64,000 bases of DNA from the human T2T-CHM13v2.0 reference genome, Homo sapiens, in assembly GCF_009914755.1 (NCBI RefSeq), contig NC_060936.1, one strand, 5' to 3'. The notes beneath the pieces were generated by a model. That model was not told where the DNA came from. It made no database searches and saw nothing but the letters and a program-made list of their open reading frames with translations. A program made the position numbers and the translations under genes. This document shows positions 1-12,427 of the stretch, one piece after another. Numbering within the stretch: position 1 is the stretch's first letter; each line of letters opens with the position of its first letter.

Positions 1-625
1 CACCTTGGCACCCATATTCATCTCCTTAAACCATACTTAGTCTTCAAATAAGACAGTAAGATGGTCATACTTCCATCTAACACAATACAACTGTCCTGCA
101 TACACTCAAGAATGCACTAACCCTTTCCCCAGAAGAGGATGCAGAGTCGTTGGATGATGTTTACATATTTCAGCCCTTGACTCATGAATCCTGGTCATGG
201 GAGAAATAGTACCATATATTGGACACTGATTCAGAGTATATATATGGCCTCCTGAAGAACCTTGTTCCAGCCCTACAAGGCATTGCTACCTAGCTGGCAC
301 TGTAACTTAGTCTTCAAAAGACGACTCCACTGTTCTATTTAGCCAAGGGCTTCAAGATGGTGAGGAACATGGTAAGACTAGTGAATTCCATGAGCATGAT
401 ACCATTACCACACTTCATTTGCTGTGAAGTGAGCTTCTTGATCAGAAGCAAAGCTGTGTAGAATACCATGATAGTAGATTAGGCATTCTGTACAACCATG
501 GATGGTAGTTCTGGCAGAAGCATTGTATGCAGGGAAGGCAAATATATATTCAGAGTAAATGTCTGTTCTGGTAAGAACAAAATGCTGCCCTTTCCATGAT
601 AGAAGCAGTCCAATGTCATCAACTG
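1..625 (-). mobile_element. ERVL (HERV-L/ERVL-E-like) internal fragment, integrase remnant
   Basis: Minus-strand ORF 405-686 contains GQHFVLTRTDIYSEYIFAFPAYNASARTTIHGCTECLIYYHGILHSFASDQEAHFTANEVW, matching the HERV-L integrase core (FVLTGIDTYSGYGFAFP...IASDQGTHFTA). Decayed. Confidence 0.85.
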
Positions 626-889
626 AATTTATTAATTTTCCTTCATCTACATTCCCCAAAACATAGAAGCCCCTTTCTCTTGTCAAGTCCTAAAAGTAAA
701 AACATCCAGTGGGAAAGGACACTTAGCCAAAGTGTGTGCAACAGATGGACACTAGAATAGAGCAAGAATGAAGTAAGCAAGAATGGAGCAAAATGTCTTA
801 AAAATATCTGCAGATGGAGCTGGAGTAACTTTTTGTCAAATCTACTTAACAATCAATTCTCCTCATTCCCTTCAAAGTAATGGTTTTTA

Positions 890-1415
890 AACACTCATCC
901 AATGTTGTTACTCCCTTACACAAAATACATTAGTGGCTTAGTAGATATGCCCTAAATCCTTACCATGGCATACAAAGGGCTTCACAATCAGGATTCTTTT
1001 ATGTCTTCAACATTTAGTGCCTACTAATATATTCTGCTACCTATTGAATGCAGTTTTCAGACCCCTTCACTAAACTATTAAGAACTCATTCCTTTGCAGG
1101 TTATCCCCTATGCCTAGAAACTCTTCTGTTTTTATATTTCTGTTCACATAACAAATTCCTCCTTATAATTTAAAAACTGAGGTAAAGGATGCTTTCTTCG
1201 ACAAGTCTTTCTTGAACCCCTCTCTCCCAAGCAGAGATGAATGCTCCCTCTAGGTGCCACTGCTTCCAGCATAGTTCCTGTCACTTTATATTTCAATTAT
1301 TTGTTTGTCTATAGATTTTTCCCCTCTCTCATATTCTGAATTTCTTCAGGGCAAGATCTGTGTACAATTGAATCTTCAGCCCCTAACACAGTGAGTGAAC
1401 ATACGCTTGCTTATT
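890..1415 (+). mobile_element. L2 LINE 3' fragment (ancient)
   Basis: Ends in a typical L2 3' motif: ttcttcagggcaagatctgtgt...cccctaacacagtgagtgaacata. Confidence 0.6.
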
Positions 1416-1713
1416 TAAGCCTAGTTAAAGCAAGCTGACCACCCACATGGCCAATAGACTCAGACACTTCTGGACCATTTACAGGCATTGTCCTGAGCTC
1501 CCTTGCCTTCTTACTCTGGTCCAGTGTCATCTTGGCTTCCAATCTCTTTTTTTCTCTCTCTCATCCTCCACTCCGTATTTCCCCATTAGACAGGACAACA
1601 GAAGTCAGGTTTCCAGGCTGCTGAGGGCAGCAGTTCTAAACCTTTTGTGTCCCAAATGTGTTGAATCATAGGACAAAAAGAGAGAAAGGAGTGGAGTACA
1701 ATGATCTTGTTAG

Positions 1714-2403
1714 TGTCACCTGAAGAATGATGAGGTTTGTAAATTTGAAAAGGAGACCTTTATTTCTCATAAAGCATTGCAGCCTGCAGGGTGGCCATTC
1801 TGACAGGCTGGGAAGCATAGCCTCTGGCCAGAAGCCAGAAACAGACACTTTGGGGATCAGAAGAATAATACAGAAATTTATTCTGAATGGGGTGGCCTAG
1901 TATACATACTCAATAAGCTATAGAAGGAGGCATAAACATTTATGAAAGGAGAAATGTACACAAACACAATTGAGCTTCCTGCCTCTCCATGGGACCCATG
2001 TTCAAAAACAGTGGTGTTAGCATGATTTGAGGATGGAGTTTTCAGTCCTCTGACATCAAATAGTGATGCAGAGGACACACAAACCCTCACTGTGCATTCT
2101 CCATAGACTAGCCAGAACCATTCTGTGGTCAGCGGTGTCTTCTCAGGCAAAAAGAGGAGGGATAGCTTCAGGCAGTTGGTTGATATCAAAACGGTAGTCT
2201 TTTGAAAGGGCTGGTTTCTGTTAGCCCTTAGGGAAGAAAGCCTAATGGCCATTAGGGAGGGAGCAGGTATAATGAGGCGTGTCTGACCTCACACCCCATC
2301 ATGGCCAGGAACCCAGTTTTCAAGGTTTCTCTGGAGTCCCCTAGGACAAGAGGTAGGTCGGTTCAGTCAGTTGGGGAGCTTAGGATTTCATTTTTGTTTC
2401 TCA
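1714..2403 (-). mobile_element. Solo ERV1 LTR (MER39-like)
   Basis: Minus strand reads TGAGAAACAAAAATGAAATCCTAAGCTCCCCAAC...TTCTTCAGGTGACA (TG...CA). Flanks ttag/ctag resemble a 4-bp TSD. Confidence 0.75.
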
Positions 2404-2512
2404 CTAGACATGTAAAATTAATACCACATACCACAATAGGCATATATCTCAAAACCATAGCACCAAAGCAAGCAGCCAGATGCCAAAAAAAAGTACATAA
2501 TAGATTAATATA

Positions 2513-2910
2513 TGTTGTGAAGGCCAAGCAACTCCATCTTAGATGATAATCTAACGTGTTGGTTACTGATTAACCCTAGTTCTGGGAAGGCCTCTTAAGA
2601 TTTCTAGTTTATTTATTGCTTCTTGTGTAAGAGGGTGTAGTTACCACAAATCCTGCCCTTAAGCAGCTGTCCTACACATCTCTTCTGAAGCACACATACG
2701 CTTTCTCTACAGCATGTAAGCCCTGGGTCTGTGGGGTAACAGCACAGGGATCCACCATCTTGTCTTGCCACCTCTCGAGATACAAACACGACTTCTATTC
2801 ATAAGTTCCAGTATTTTTCTAAGAAACTGAATTTGTCTAGCCTCTTTCTTCAGCCTCTCAATTCCTCGGACTTTGGGGCTAGGTTTGCGTAGATTTGCCC
2901 ACCATGGACA
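2513..2910 (+). mobile_element. Solo LTR (LTR47-like, ERVL) inserted in an old L1M 3' UTR
   Basis: tgttgtgaaggccaagcaactccatctt...ggtttgcgtagatttgcccaccatggaca. L1M-type 3' UTR sequence lies on both sides. Confidence 0.65.
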
Positions 2911-3109
2911 GTTGTTAAATGTCAGGAGAGTGGTTTTTTTTAGGAGTAAAGTAAATCGAAAAGAACACAGGGGAGTTACTGAGGTGCTTGTAATGCTTCG
3001 TTTCTTGATCAGTGTGCTCAGTTTGTGAAACTCTATCAAGCTGCACACTCACTATCTATACGCTTTTCTGAATTATGTAATACAGAATACACAATGTGAA
3101 GTTAAGAAA

Positions 3110-3850
3110 ATAATATCACAATGGGAAACCATTTTATACCCAGGAGAATAGGAAAACTTTAAAAGTCTGACAATGCAAAATGTTGTCAAGAATATGGAAA
3201 AATTGAGAATTCCTTGTTTTTAGAAGTGTAATTTTATTTTTAAAAATCTTTGGAAACTAATTTAGCATTATCTTGTAAGAAAGAACATGTGCATATCCTA
3301 CAACTCAGTAATACCATTCCTAAATCAGAGAAATTCTTGCACATCTACACCAGAAAGCATATAGGAGAATATTCATAGAAGCATTGTACATGGATTAAAG
3401 CAATAAAGGAAGAAAAGAAACAATTGGGGTGACCCAGCATCAGGGGAATGGATAAATGGCAGCATATTTGTATTACACAGCTGTAAAAATTAAAAAAAAA
3501 AAAACTACTCACATCAACAGAGATGATTTTAGAAATGAATGTTAAATAAAAAAAAGCAAGTCACAAAAAATTACACAGGAGTCAATGTTTATAAAGCTTC
3601 CAACATAGCAAAAGGAACACACACCTATGTGATGAAGCTATAAAAAAACAAAAAGAGTAAACACACAATCCAGGAAAGTGGTTACCTCTGGGTGAGGGAG
3701 GGAGATGCAACTGGGGAGGGGCATCGAGGAGCTTCCTTGGAATTGTCCACGGCCTAATTCTTAATTAAAGGGTGGGTTGCCACTGTGCTTTGTAATTTGC
3801 ATATGTATTATCTATGTTTATTTGTATGTACAAATTAATCAACAAAAAAA
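3110..3850 (+). mobile_element. Old L1M(E) ORF2 C-terminus/3' UTR fragment
   Basis: Degenerate L1 motifs such as aagtctgacaatgcaaaatgttgtcaagaatatgga, catatcctacaactcagtaataccattcctaa and ggaatggataaat. Confidence 0.7.
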
Positions 3851-4009
3851 TTATCTGAGAATTCTGGTTCAGTATGAACACGTAGTGTTACCCGACTTCC
3901 TTTCTAAACCACTCATTAAATGAAAAATACAAATGATAACAATATTAAAGGAAAACTACACACAAAAAGTAAAAAAGAAGAACCATTAGCTAACAAAAGC
4001 TATCTATCA

Positions 4010-4179
4010 TTTTTTGGCTTTTGGGGTTTTCCTTTAGAGACAGGGTCTCGCGCTGTCACCCAGGCTGCGGTGCAGTGATATGATCATAACTCACTGCAGC
4101 CTCGGTGTCCTGGGCTCTGGTGATCCTCCTGCCTCAGCCTCCAGAGGAGCTGGGAGTGCAAGTGTGTGCCACTGCCCTC
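4010..4179 (-). mobile_element. Alu monomer (FRAM/AluJ right arm)
   Basis: gagacagggtctcgcgctgtcacccaggctgcggtgcagtg...gatcctcctgcctcagcctcc, with a T-rich tail at the left. Confidence 0.85.
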
Positions 4180-4397
4180 TGAAAGAAAATGAGCGGAAGG
4201 GGTTACTGTCAAAACATGCTAGACAAAGCTGTAGCTCAAAATGTATAAAGAAGGACTTAAAGCTGAGGAGAGACAGATCAGTTGCCCCACTGAATCCAAG
4301 GAGAGACTTGGCCTAGAGAATTGTCCATTATGGTAGAAGTAAGAATAAGAAGTGGGGCTGAAAGTCAGGACATTTCTTGAACATCTCTGTGTAAGCC

Positions 4398-4851
4398 TGA
4401 GGCAGGAGAACAGGGCCTGGAGGCAGGGAACCTAAGGAATTCCTAGAACCAAATCAAACGGAAACACTTCAGCTATGACAGGAAATATCCTCTTCATTTA
4501 CATAGGGCCTAAACCAAGTCAATGACTTTGTAACTTTACTTCATCCTCTTTCTTCATTTACGTAGGGTGTACACCAAGAAAATAACCTTGTAACTTCACT
4601 GTAGCCTCTTCATTTACATACCGTGTACACCAAGTAACCAATGGAACCCCCTAAAGGGTATTTAAACCCCAGAAATTTTTGTAACCAGCCCGTGAGCCGC
4701 TTGCTCAGGTCCACTCCCACCCTGTGAAGTGTGCTTGCATTTTCAATAAATCTGTGCTTTTGTTGCTTCATTCTTTCCTTGCTTTATTTGTGCATTTTGT
4801 CCAATCCTATATTCAAAACGCCAAGAACTTGGACACCCTCAACCAGTAACA
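4398..4851 (+). mobile_element. Solo ERV1 LTR (LTR15/MER51-like)
   Basis: Starts tgaggcaggagaacagggcctggaggcagggaacctaagg and ends accagtaaca. Has internal repeats of ttcatttacatagggc/gtacaccaag, a TATA-like tatttaaa and an AATAAA. Confidence 0.8.
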
Positions 4852-5413
4852 AGAGTCTAATCCACTTCATGTGCCTCCCCCAGCCCAGGTAAAAAATTCC
4901 TGGTGGAAAAATCGCACCATCTGGGCAAGTGCAGCCTTGGTGAAGGGATCCCAGGCTGGATTTTAGCTCTGCTTCCTACACAAGCACCTGGACCTCTACT
5001 TCTGGAGATTGTGTAGCAGAAAACCATCAGCCATCAGCTTCTGTGTTTTCCCAGGAGGAAGCTACAGCTAAAGCTATTATCATTTGCCTATCTAGGGCCC
5101 AGCATTTAACATGTTGTTGCTATTTAACCCTGGTAGCCCTTGTGTCTCTGCCCTTAATTTTAAATTCCTTTATCTTGAAATGGGGGAGGGGTGGGAGCAA
5201 GGTTGCAAGGAAAACTGGCAAACTTGAGTAACTCAGTCCTATAGTTAACCAAATGTCTAACTTCTATAACAAGAAAAATAAGAAATATCATTTAATTGAG
5301 TTGGGGAGATAAAATATATAGGTGCATGTTTAGTGGGTTATCTAAAAAATGAAACAAGTGAAAATATTAGGGCATGTTTTATATAGCAAGGGTAAGTATT
5401 GTTTCCTGAAATG

Positions 5414-5422
5414 TATGTGTGT

Positions 5423-5459
<37 letters not shown>
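5414..5459. repeat. (TG)n microsatellite, possibly within a Charlie4-type hAT remnant
   Basis: Direct TG run. The flank atagcaagggtaagtattgtttcctgaaa resembles Charlie4 (weak). Confidence 0.85.
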
Positions 5460-5461
<2 letters not shown>

Positions 5462-5719
5462 TACTGAAATATGGTTCTGATTGTGGGGTTTTGTTTTAAA
5501 GTCTGTGATGTTTTTTAAATTTGGTAAACACGCAATGAAACATTGATTAGTACCCAGAGAAAAGAATGGGCTACCAGGTACAGAGACACTGGCAGGCGTT
5601 CCTAGATCGTGGAGCTGATGCCAACTAGATCTAAATTAGCTGCTAGGTGCTGGCCAAGGAGTATCCCTGTGAGAGGGAAACTGCATGGTCAGGGGACAAG
5701 GTTGAGGGTAGAGGGTAAC

Positions 5720-6017
5720 TTTTTTTTTCATCGAGACGGAGTCTCACTCTGTCGCCCAGGCTGGAGCGCAGCCATGTGATCTTAGTTCACTGCAACCTCC
5801 CCGCTTCCCAGGTTCAAGTGATTCAACTTCCTCACCCTCCCGAGTAGCTGGGATTACAGGCAGGCACCACCACGCCCAGCTAATTTTTTGTATTTTTAGT
5901 AGAGATGGGGTTTCACCATGTTGGCCAAGCTGGTAGCGAACTCCTGACCTCAAATGATCTGCCTGCCTCAGCCTTCCAAAGTGCTGGGATTATAGGTGTG
6001 ATCCACTGTGCCCGGCC
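5720..6017 (-). mobile_element. Full-length AluS
   Basis: Dimeric Alu on the minus strand. TSD (g/a)agggtaacttt at 5711-5722 and 6018-6029. Confidence 0.97.
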
Positions 6018-6649
6018 AAGGGTAACTTTCGATAGTCTACCCTGTTGTAGAAATATCACCTATTCATAAATAAATAAATAAATAAACAATTTATGCAAGG
6101 GCAAACTTTTTTTTTTAAGTTTATGGATTTCCTACAGTGTATTAGGCACTTCTTTAGGGTTTTACTGAGGGAGTCAACAAACTGCCCAAAGAAAGAAAAT
6201 ACTATATCAGTAAAAGTCTAAGGTAGTGGGATAGTGAACAAACAGTATCATGTGGCAATCACAGCATGTTCTAGTGACACCTGAAACCTATTGTTTATTT
6301 ACTTTTGTTGAGTTAATTTCAAATGAGAATCAAATGAGATCGTTCAGGGGAAGTATTTTGAAAATGAGAAAAACCGATTGAATTTTAATGTAAGGTTAAA
6401 CCTCAGAGATCTGTGGTCCTTTAGGGTATGGGGGAAATTAGGATAGCAATGAGTTAGAGGGAGCATTTACAGGGTTACATTTATTCTTTCATATTTTGGG
6501 ATGGGATTCTAAACAGTCTCAAAGGTTGAAATATTTCCCAAAGGTCGGAATGCTAAGAGGTCAGCACAGCAACCCACAGAGTTTGTTGCTAAGCCTAACA
6601 AAGTTCTCTGTTTATCAGATCATTTGTACAATATTTTGTTATTGTCCTT

Positions 6650-6755
6650 CTAGTTGAGTGACCTGAAACAAATGACATTCTATTGCCTTGGTTTTCTCAG
6701 TTGTAATTGCAGACATTGAACCAGGTATTCTCTAAGATCCCTTTCCATGCTAACA
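6650..6755 (+). mobile_element. MIR fragment
   Basis: ctagttgagtgacctgaaacaaatgacattctattgccttggttttctcagttgtaa matches the MIR core. Confidence 0.55.
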
Positions 6756-7229
6756 GTTGTATGGAACACCTCCACCAGCCTAAGTACCGGGGCCCATTTT
6801 CCTTTGAAATCATTAATCAAGTCCTATTCATGAATCCATCCAAAGATCCATTTATAACTGCAAAAGCTGCCCTGAGACATGATACTTCCCACAGCTCCCA
6901 GATCAAAAGAGAACAATTTCTACCGGGAAGTATTTCTGGCCGCTTCCAGAAAATAGTCATTGGTGTACTGTAATGCTTAAACAATGTGAGAAAAACCAGT
7001 CTAAATGCCACTGCATTTTACTTGCTGATTTTAGAAGACCTAAAATCTGTCTGCAGCAGAAGAGGGACTCTCCTCCATATGCGCTAAAACTGAGATCAAT
7101 ACTGCCACATACTACCAAGCACTAAGATCAGAAAGAGAATTGTGTGTGTCACTTTTCTAACAGACTGTAAGCCTAGACAAGATTGCTCTTGACCTCACTA
7201 AAAATATTTACCTCTACATGGGAAAAGAT

Positions 7230-8285
7230 GGAATTAACAAATTTTGGAGCAAAACATTGAAATTTTAAAAAATAATCTTGGAGTAGTGAAAATTCTTCTA
7301 AGTAAGGAATAACCCTAACTTTTTAAGAGAAAAGACTCATGCATTTGACCCTATAAAAACTTCTGGACGAAAAAAGAAAGGAAAAGAAGTATGTGTTTAT
7401 ATATATGCAAAAATTTAAAAACCAGCAAGGGTCTTTTCATAAACTGACATTTAACATCTAGATAATACAAAAGCTTCTATAAACAAGAAAAAGTAAATAA
7501 ACCAATAGAAAAATGGACAAAAGACACAAAGAAAAAAATACAAAGATAGAAAAACAGCAATATCTGAAAAAATATTCAGCTTGATAAAAATCATGTAAAA
7601 ATTATGTATTATTGGCTATCAGATGTGCACACTTTAAATTAGATAGTATCTACTGTTGGCATATTCGAAAACAGGCATTCCAACATGGTGGGTGTACATT
7701 AAATTGCTACTACCTATTTGGTAGGTAATTTGTTATTTCAATTAAAATTTGCAATTGCCTTCCTAGACTCAGCAGTTCTACTTTTAAGTATCTATTCAAA
7801 ATAACAATATACACACAAAGTTATACAAACATGTTTATCTCAGCCTTCTCTGAAATAATAAAAAGGTATATAACTAAAAATCATATATGTTAAATAAATG
7901 AATAAATAAATGTATAAATATAAAACCTTGTAACTATACATAAATAAAGATTTATAGTTAAATAAATTATGGTACATTTGGGGAGGCACAGTAGTAAAAA
8001 AGAATAAGAAAGATAAATACATACCGACATGTAAAGAGGTCCAAAGTATGCTGGTGCTCTTGCAAAAAGCAAGTCACATTATATACACATCATATGATTA
8101 CATTTGTATTGCAATAAACACATCTAAAAGAGAAATCAAAGTGTATATGTGAAGTTCATAGATGTATTCCTACAAGTTCTGAATGCAGCCTCTCCTCTGC
8201 ATGCAGTGGAGGAAACATTAACATGTTTTTGTAATGAATATTTATAAGAAAATATTGGTGTGTTATCTGTATAATTCTTAAATTT
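7230..8285 (+). mobile_element. Old L1M(E) ORF2 3'/UTR fragment
   Basis: A-rich degenerate L1 motifs such as aaccaatagaaaaatggacaaaagac, gactcagcagttctactttt and aataaattatggtacatt. Confidence 0.7.
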
Positions 8286-8622
8286 TAGAAAGAAATTAAA
8301 CAATGCAGGAAAAGAAAGAAAAGATAAAGGAAGAAGAGAAGATAGGGAAAGGGAAGGGAAGGAAAAATTTTGTGTGCATCAGCTATTGAAATGTCAGGGT
8401 AAGATACATCTGGTCCTCTTAATAATGATGTATCTTAGGAAAATTACATCACCTTCTCCCAGCTTCCTTTCACTAAGAGAAGTAGAGCAGAGTAAATCAT
8501 TGCCCAATCTTTAGAACCAGACTATTGGATTCAGATGCTACTCTACTTATCAATGTAAGATCTTAGTCCAGTTACTTGACCTCTCTGTAATTCAATATCC
8601 TCATTTAAAAGCGGGGGAAAGT

Positions 8623-8920
8623 GGCCGGGTGCTCACGCCTGTGATCCCAGCACTTCGGGATTACAGGTCAGGAGGCAGGCGGATCAAGATGTCAAGAGAT
8701 CAAGACCAGCCTGGCTAACACGGTGAAACCCTGTCTCCACTAAAAATACAAAAAATTAGCCAGGCGTGGTGGCAAGTGCCTGTAGTCCCAGCTATTCAGG
8801 AGGCTGAAGCAGGAGAATCACTTGAACCCGGGAGGCGGAGGTTGCAGCGAGTGGAGATCGTGCCACTGCACTCTGGCGTGGGCGACAGAACAAGACTCCA
8901 GCTCAAAAAAAGAAAAAAAA
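8623..8920 (+). mobile_element. Alu (AluSc/Y-like) inserted into a MIR
   Basis: Dimeric Alu with A tail. Imperfect TSD aaaagcgggggaaagt (8607-8622) / aaaagcgggaggagt (8919-8933). MIR sequence lies at about 8480-8606 and 8934-9030. Confidence 0.95.
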
Positions 8921-10460
8921 AAGCGGGAGGAGTGAGTAATATTAATATCTATGTAAAGTTCTTGTAAAGATTACATGCCAAAAGTACTTGGAACAATATT
9001 GACATTTGGCAGACACACAGTGTTAGTTCTTCAATTAATACCAGTAGGCACCGTCTATGTGTTACGGATGATAATAACATGAAAAAACACTGCTCTCTTT
9101 TCGTTGCTTGGAATACAGAGAGGAAAGGCTAGGCCATATTGGAAGCCAGTGCACATATGAGTCCATCCAGGTAGATGGCACAGCCCTGGGTTTGTAGAGT
9201 CTACACCCAATAGATAAAATTCTAAGCCAAAGAGTAAGCAGTGCTTGAATTGCAATGAAGAGTTTGCTAGTATGTGTGTGACTTTTCAAGTGCTTTCAAC
9301 ATACTAGGATCTCAGTACATACGTTTTGATCAATGTAGTAACAAAATTATAGTGTAGCATATTTGGGCACAAATTCTGGTTTGCCAGCCATGTGATGCTA
9401 GACAAAAACTTCAATCTTCCATTTTCTCATCTGAGAATATGTGGACTTGAATATCTAATTTGCACTGTTGTAAGAGTTAGAAATAGAATTTATATAGTAC
9501 TTAATAATACCTGGAGCAAAGTAGGTGTTGAGTAGATAATAGATGTTATTATTATGGTCTGAGAATATCTATCTAAGCTGGCTTGTTTTAAAATTTAAAA
9601 AAATAATTCAACTTCATGAGTACTACTATTTGCAAAGAAACCTTATGATTTAATGTAAGTTTAAACACAGGACTAAGAAGCAAGAGTTTCAGTTCTTTCT
9701 AATTTTAGCTCTGTTGCCAACTTCTTTAGAGCCCTTCAAAAAGTCACTTAATCAAATGAAATATTTGTTAATAATAATAGTCTGTAGCCAGAGTGTTATT
9801 ACAACATCCACTTGCAGAACAATTTACTGTGATTGTGCATGAACTACGTTTAAAATTCTTAGACTTCTGTTTGGTGTTCCGTGAAGTCATAAACCTGGGA
9901 ACTTTCTCAGGACATTCACCTGCGAAGTTGGAGTTTTGTCTAGTTCCTCAGCATGCTCTGTTCCTATGTGCTTGCATTCCATGGTCGGCCCACACATTTT
10001 CTTGTCTCTTTTTTTTTTTTTAACCTCCTCTCCCAAAGGTTTTTAAAAGATTAGACAGGGTGGTCCTTAATCAACATTTGCATTGGTTGACTGAAAGGAA
10101 TAGGAACTACAGTGACTTTTTCCCTGATATTCCATAGTCAGTTAGCTCTTTGTCTTAGATTAACCCCGGTTGATGCACCAAACTTCCTCCTATAAGTGAC
10201 TTTAGGGCACACTCACCCCATCCTTCTAACAAGAAATGTTTCTACCCAGTCTGAATTCCAAGAGCATCTTATCTCTAAACACTTGAGGTATATATAATTT
10301 TCTACCCCACATTATAATGATATCTCTTCCCTCTAAGATGATAAATTCCACAAAGAATCAACAATATCTTTACAGCTTCATAGGCTAAATGTAATACTTT
10401 ATAATAAATTATGATAGAAAAATAAAGAGAAAGCCTATATTGGGATTTTTCATGTCTAGG

Positions 10461-11357
10461 TGTCTTCGTTCATGTTGCTGTAACAAAATACCCAAGACTG
10501 GATAATTTATAAAGAACAGAAATTTATTTCTCACAGTTCCGGAGGCTGAAAGTTCAAGATTAAGGCACCAGCAGGTTCAGCATCTGGTGAGGGCTAGTCT
10601 CTGCTTCCAACAGGTGTGCCTTGTTGCTGCATCCTCACATGGCGGAAGGCAGAAGGGCAAAAGGGACAGAAGGGGCCTAGCTGGTTCCCTTTAGCCCTTT
10701 TATAAGAACACTAAGCCTATTCTAAAGGTAGACAAGACCGATTAATCACGTCCTAAGGGCCCTGTTGCAGAACCCCAAATTCAGGCTCCTGTACCTCATG
10801 CGCAGCTGAAATCAAACCAAACTTGGAATCAAACTCCAATCAAAACTTGGAGATGCTTAGTGATAGAGAAAAATGTATTCGATTCGGCCCAAGTGAGGAG
10901 GCAAGAGGGCAAAATCTCTCAGATCCATTTGAACAAAGAGATGAAGCAGGGAGTTTTTATGTGGTTAGCAAGTAACAGAGGGGGAGTTTCAGGTAACAGA
11001 GGGGAAAATCTGTGTTTCTTCAGTCTCAGATAACAACTTGAGCAACCAGACTTCTGGGCATCATCAGCTGGTTGCAATGTCTTAAAAGCATTCATTCCTT
11101 TCTGCAAAATTTTCAATGGCCTTGAAGTTATCTCCCCATACTTGACAAAGAAACAATAGTACATAAGCAATTTATAATTATGTTGTGGGAACAAGCAAGT
11201 AATTAACATGTGCAAGCAGGCAAGGGCCTAATCTGAATTTTCATTATTTCAGTCACTAAAAATGCTAGGGTATGGAATTCTCAAGGATCCTACCTCTTAA
11301 TATTATCACACTGGGGTTTAAGTTCCAACATATGGGGGACAGATTCAGACGACAGCA
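10461..11357 (-). mobile_element. MaLR LTR (MLT1A/MST-like), split by a nested LTR
   Basis: tgtcttcgttcatgttgctgtaacaaaatacccaagactggataatttataaagaacagaaattta...cagacgacagca. Flanks ctagg/ctggg form a 5-bp TSD with one mismatch. Confidence 0.85.
10763..11283 (-). mobile_element. Solo ERV1 LTR (MER87-like) nested in the MaLR LTR
   Basis: Minus strand reads TGAGAATTCCATACCCTAGCATTTTTAGTGACTG...CTGCAACA. It interrupts the MaLR motif taatcac..cctaa..ggccc|..acctcttaa. Confidence 0.7.
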
Positions 11358-11687
11358 CTGGGATAATTTTTAAATTCAGGACCATAGTTTTCTAGCTGTT
11401 TAAAAAATACCAATATGATTTTAAAATACCAGTGTAATTACATACTGTTGGCTTATTTTTATCCTAATATTATTATACCTCTGGTTGTAGGACTTATCAT
11501 TTTATTTCAAACTGATAAGTTAATAAGACAACATTTTATTTCGATTTAATGGGCTAGAAAACATATAAAAAACTACTTATAGAGAGGTCTTGAAAATTTA
11601 ATGGTAAATCTTATATAGTATATCATGAGAGTACGCATATATAAATATAGGGCTAGCCCTGAGAAATATTTTAGAGTTCATTATGTT

Positions 11688-12262
11688 CTTTTTTTTTTTT
11701 AAGCAACTTTTTTTTATATATATACTTTACGTTCTGGGATACATATACAGAAAGTGCAGGTTTGTTACATAGGTACACACGTGCCATGGTGGTTTGCTGC
11801 ACCCATCAACCCCTCGTCTACATTAGGTATTTCTCCTAATGCTATTCCTCTAGCCCCGCACCCCCTGACAGGCCCCAGTGTGTGATGTGGCCCTCCCTGT
11901 GTCCATGTGCTCTCGTTGTTCAGCTCCCACTTATGTGAGAACATGCAGTGTTTGGTTTTCTGTTCCTGTGTTAGTTTGCTGAGAATGATGGTTTCCAGCT
12001 TCATCCATGTCCCTGCAAAGGACATGAACTCATCCTTTTTATGGCTGCATAGCAGTCCATGGTGTATATGTGCCACATTTTGTTTTTCCAGTCTATCATT
12101 GATGGGCATTTGGGTTGATTCCAAGTCTCTGCTATTGTGAACAGTGCTGCAATAAACATACGTGTGCATGTGTCTTTACAGCAGAATGATTTATAATCCT
12201 TTGGGTATATACCCAGTAATGGGATTGCTGGGTCAAATGGTATTGCTAGTTCTAGATCCTTG
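11688..12262 (-). mobile_element. 5'-truncated L1PA (L1PA7/8-like) 3' end
   Basis: Poly-T tail, L1PA 3' UTR and ORF2 C-terminal peptide ([24 protein letters not shown]...). No TSD recognisable. Confidence 0.95.
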
Positions 12263-12427
12263 TGCATATCCTACAACTCAGTAATGCCATTCCTAAACCA
12301 GAGAAATTCATGCACATCTATACCAGAAAGCACATAGGAGAATATTCATAGAAGCATTGTTCATTTAAAAAAATGGAGAAAAGAAACATTTGGGGTGACC
12401 CAGCATCAGGGGAATGGATAAATGGCA
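12261..12427 (+). repeat. Direct copy of 3288-3461 (local duplication/templated insert)
   Basis: tgtgcatatcctacaactcagtaat...gggtgacccagcatcaggggaatggataaatggca occurs at both positions, with about 7 substitutions and one indel block. Confidence 0.95.

Noticed and set aside
6707-7011. Overlapping ORFs in apparently unique sequence
   Set aside because: No recognisable domain. Part is MIR and part weakly resembles a CR1/L3 end.
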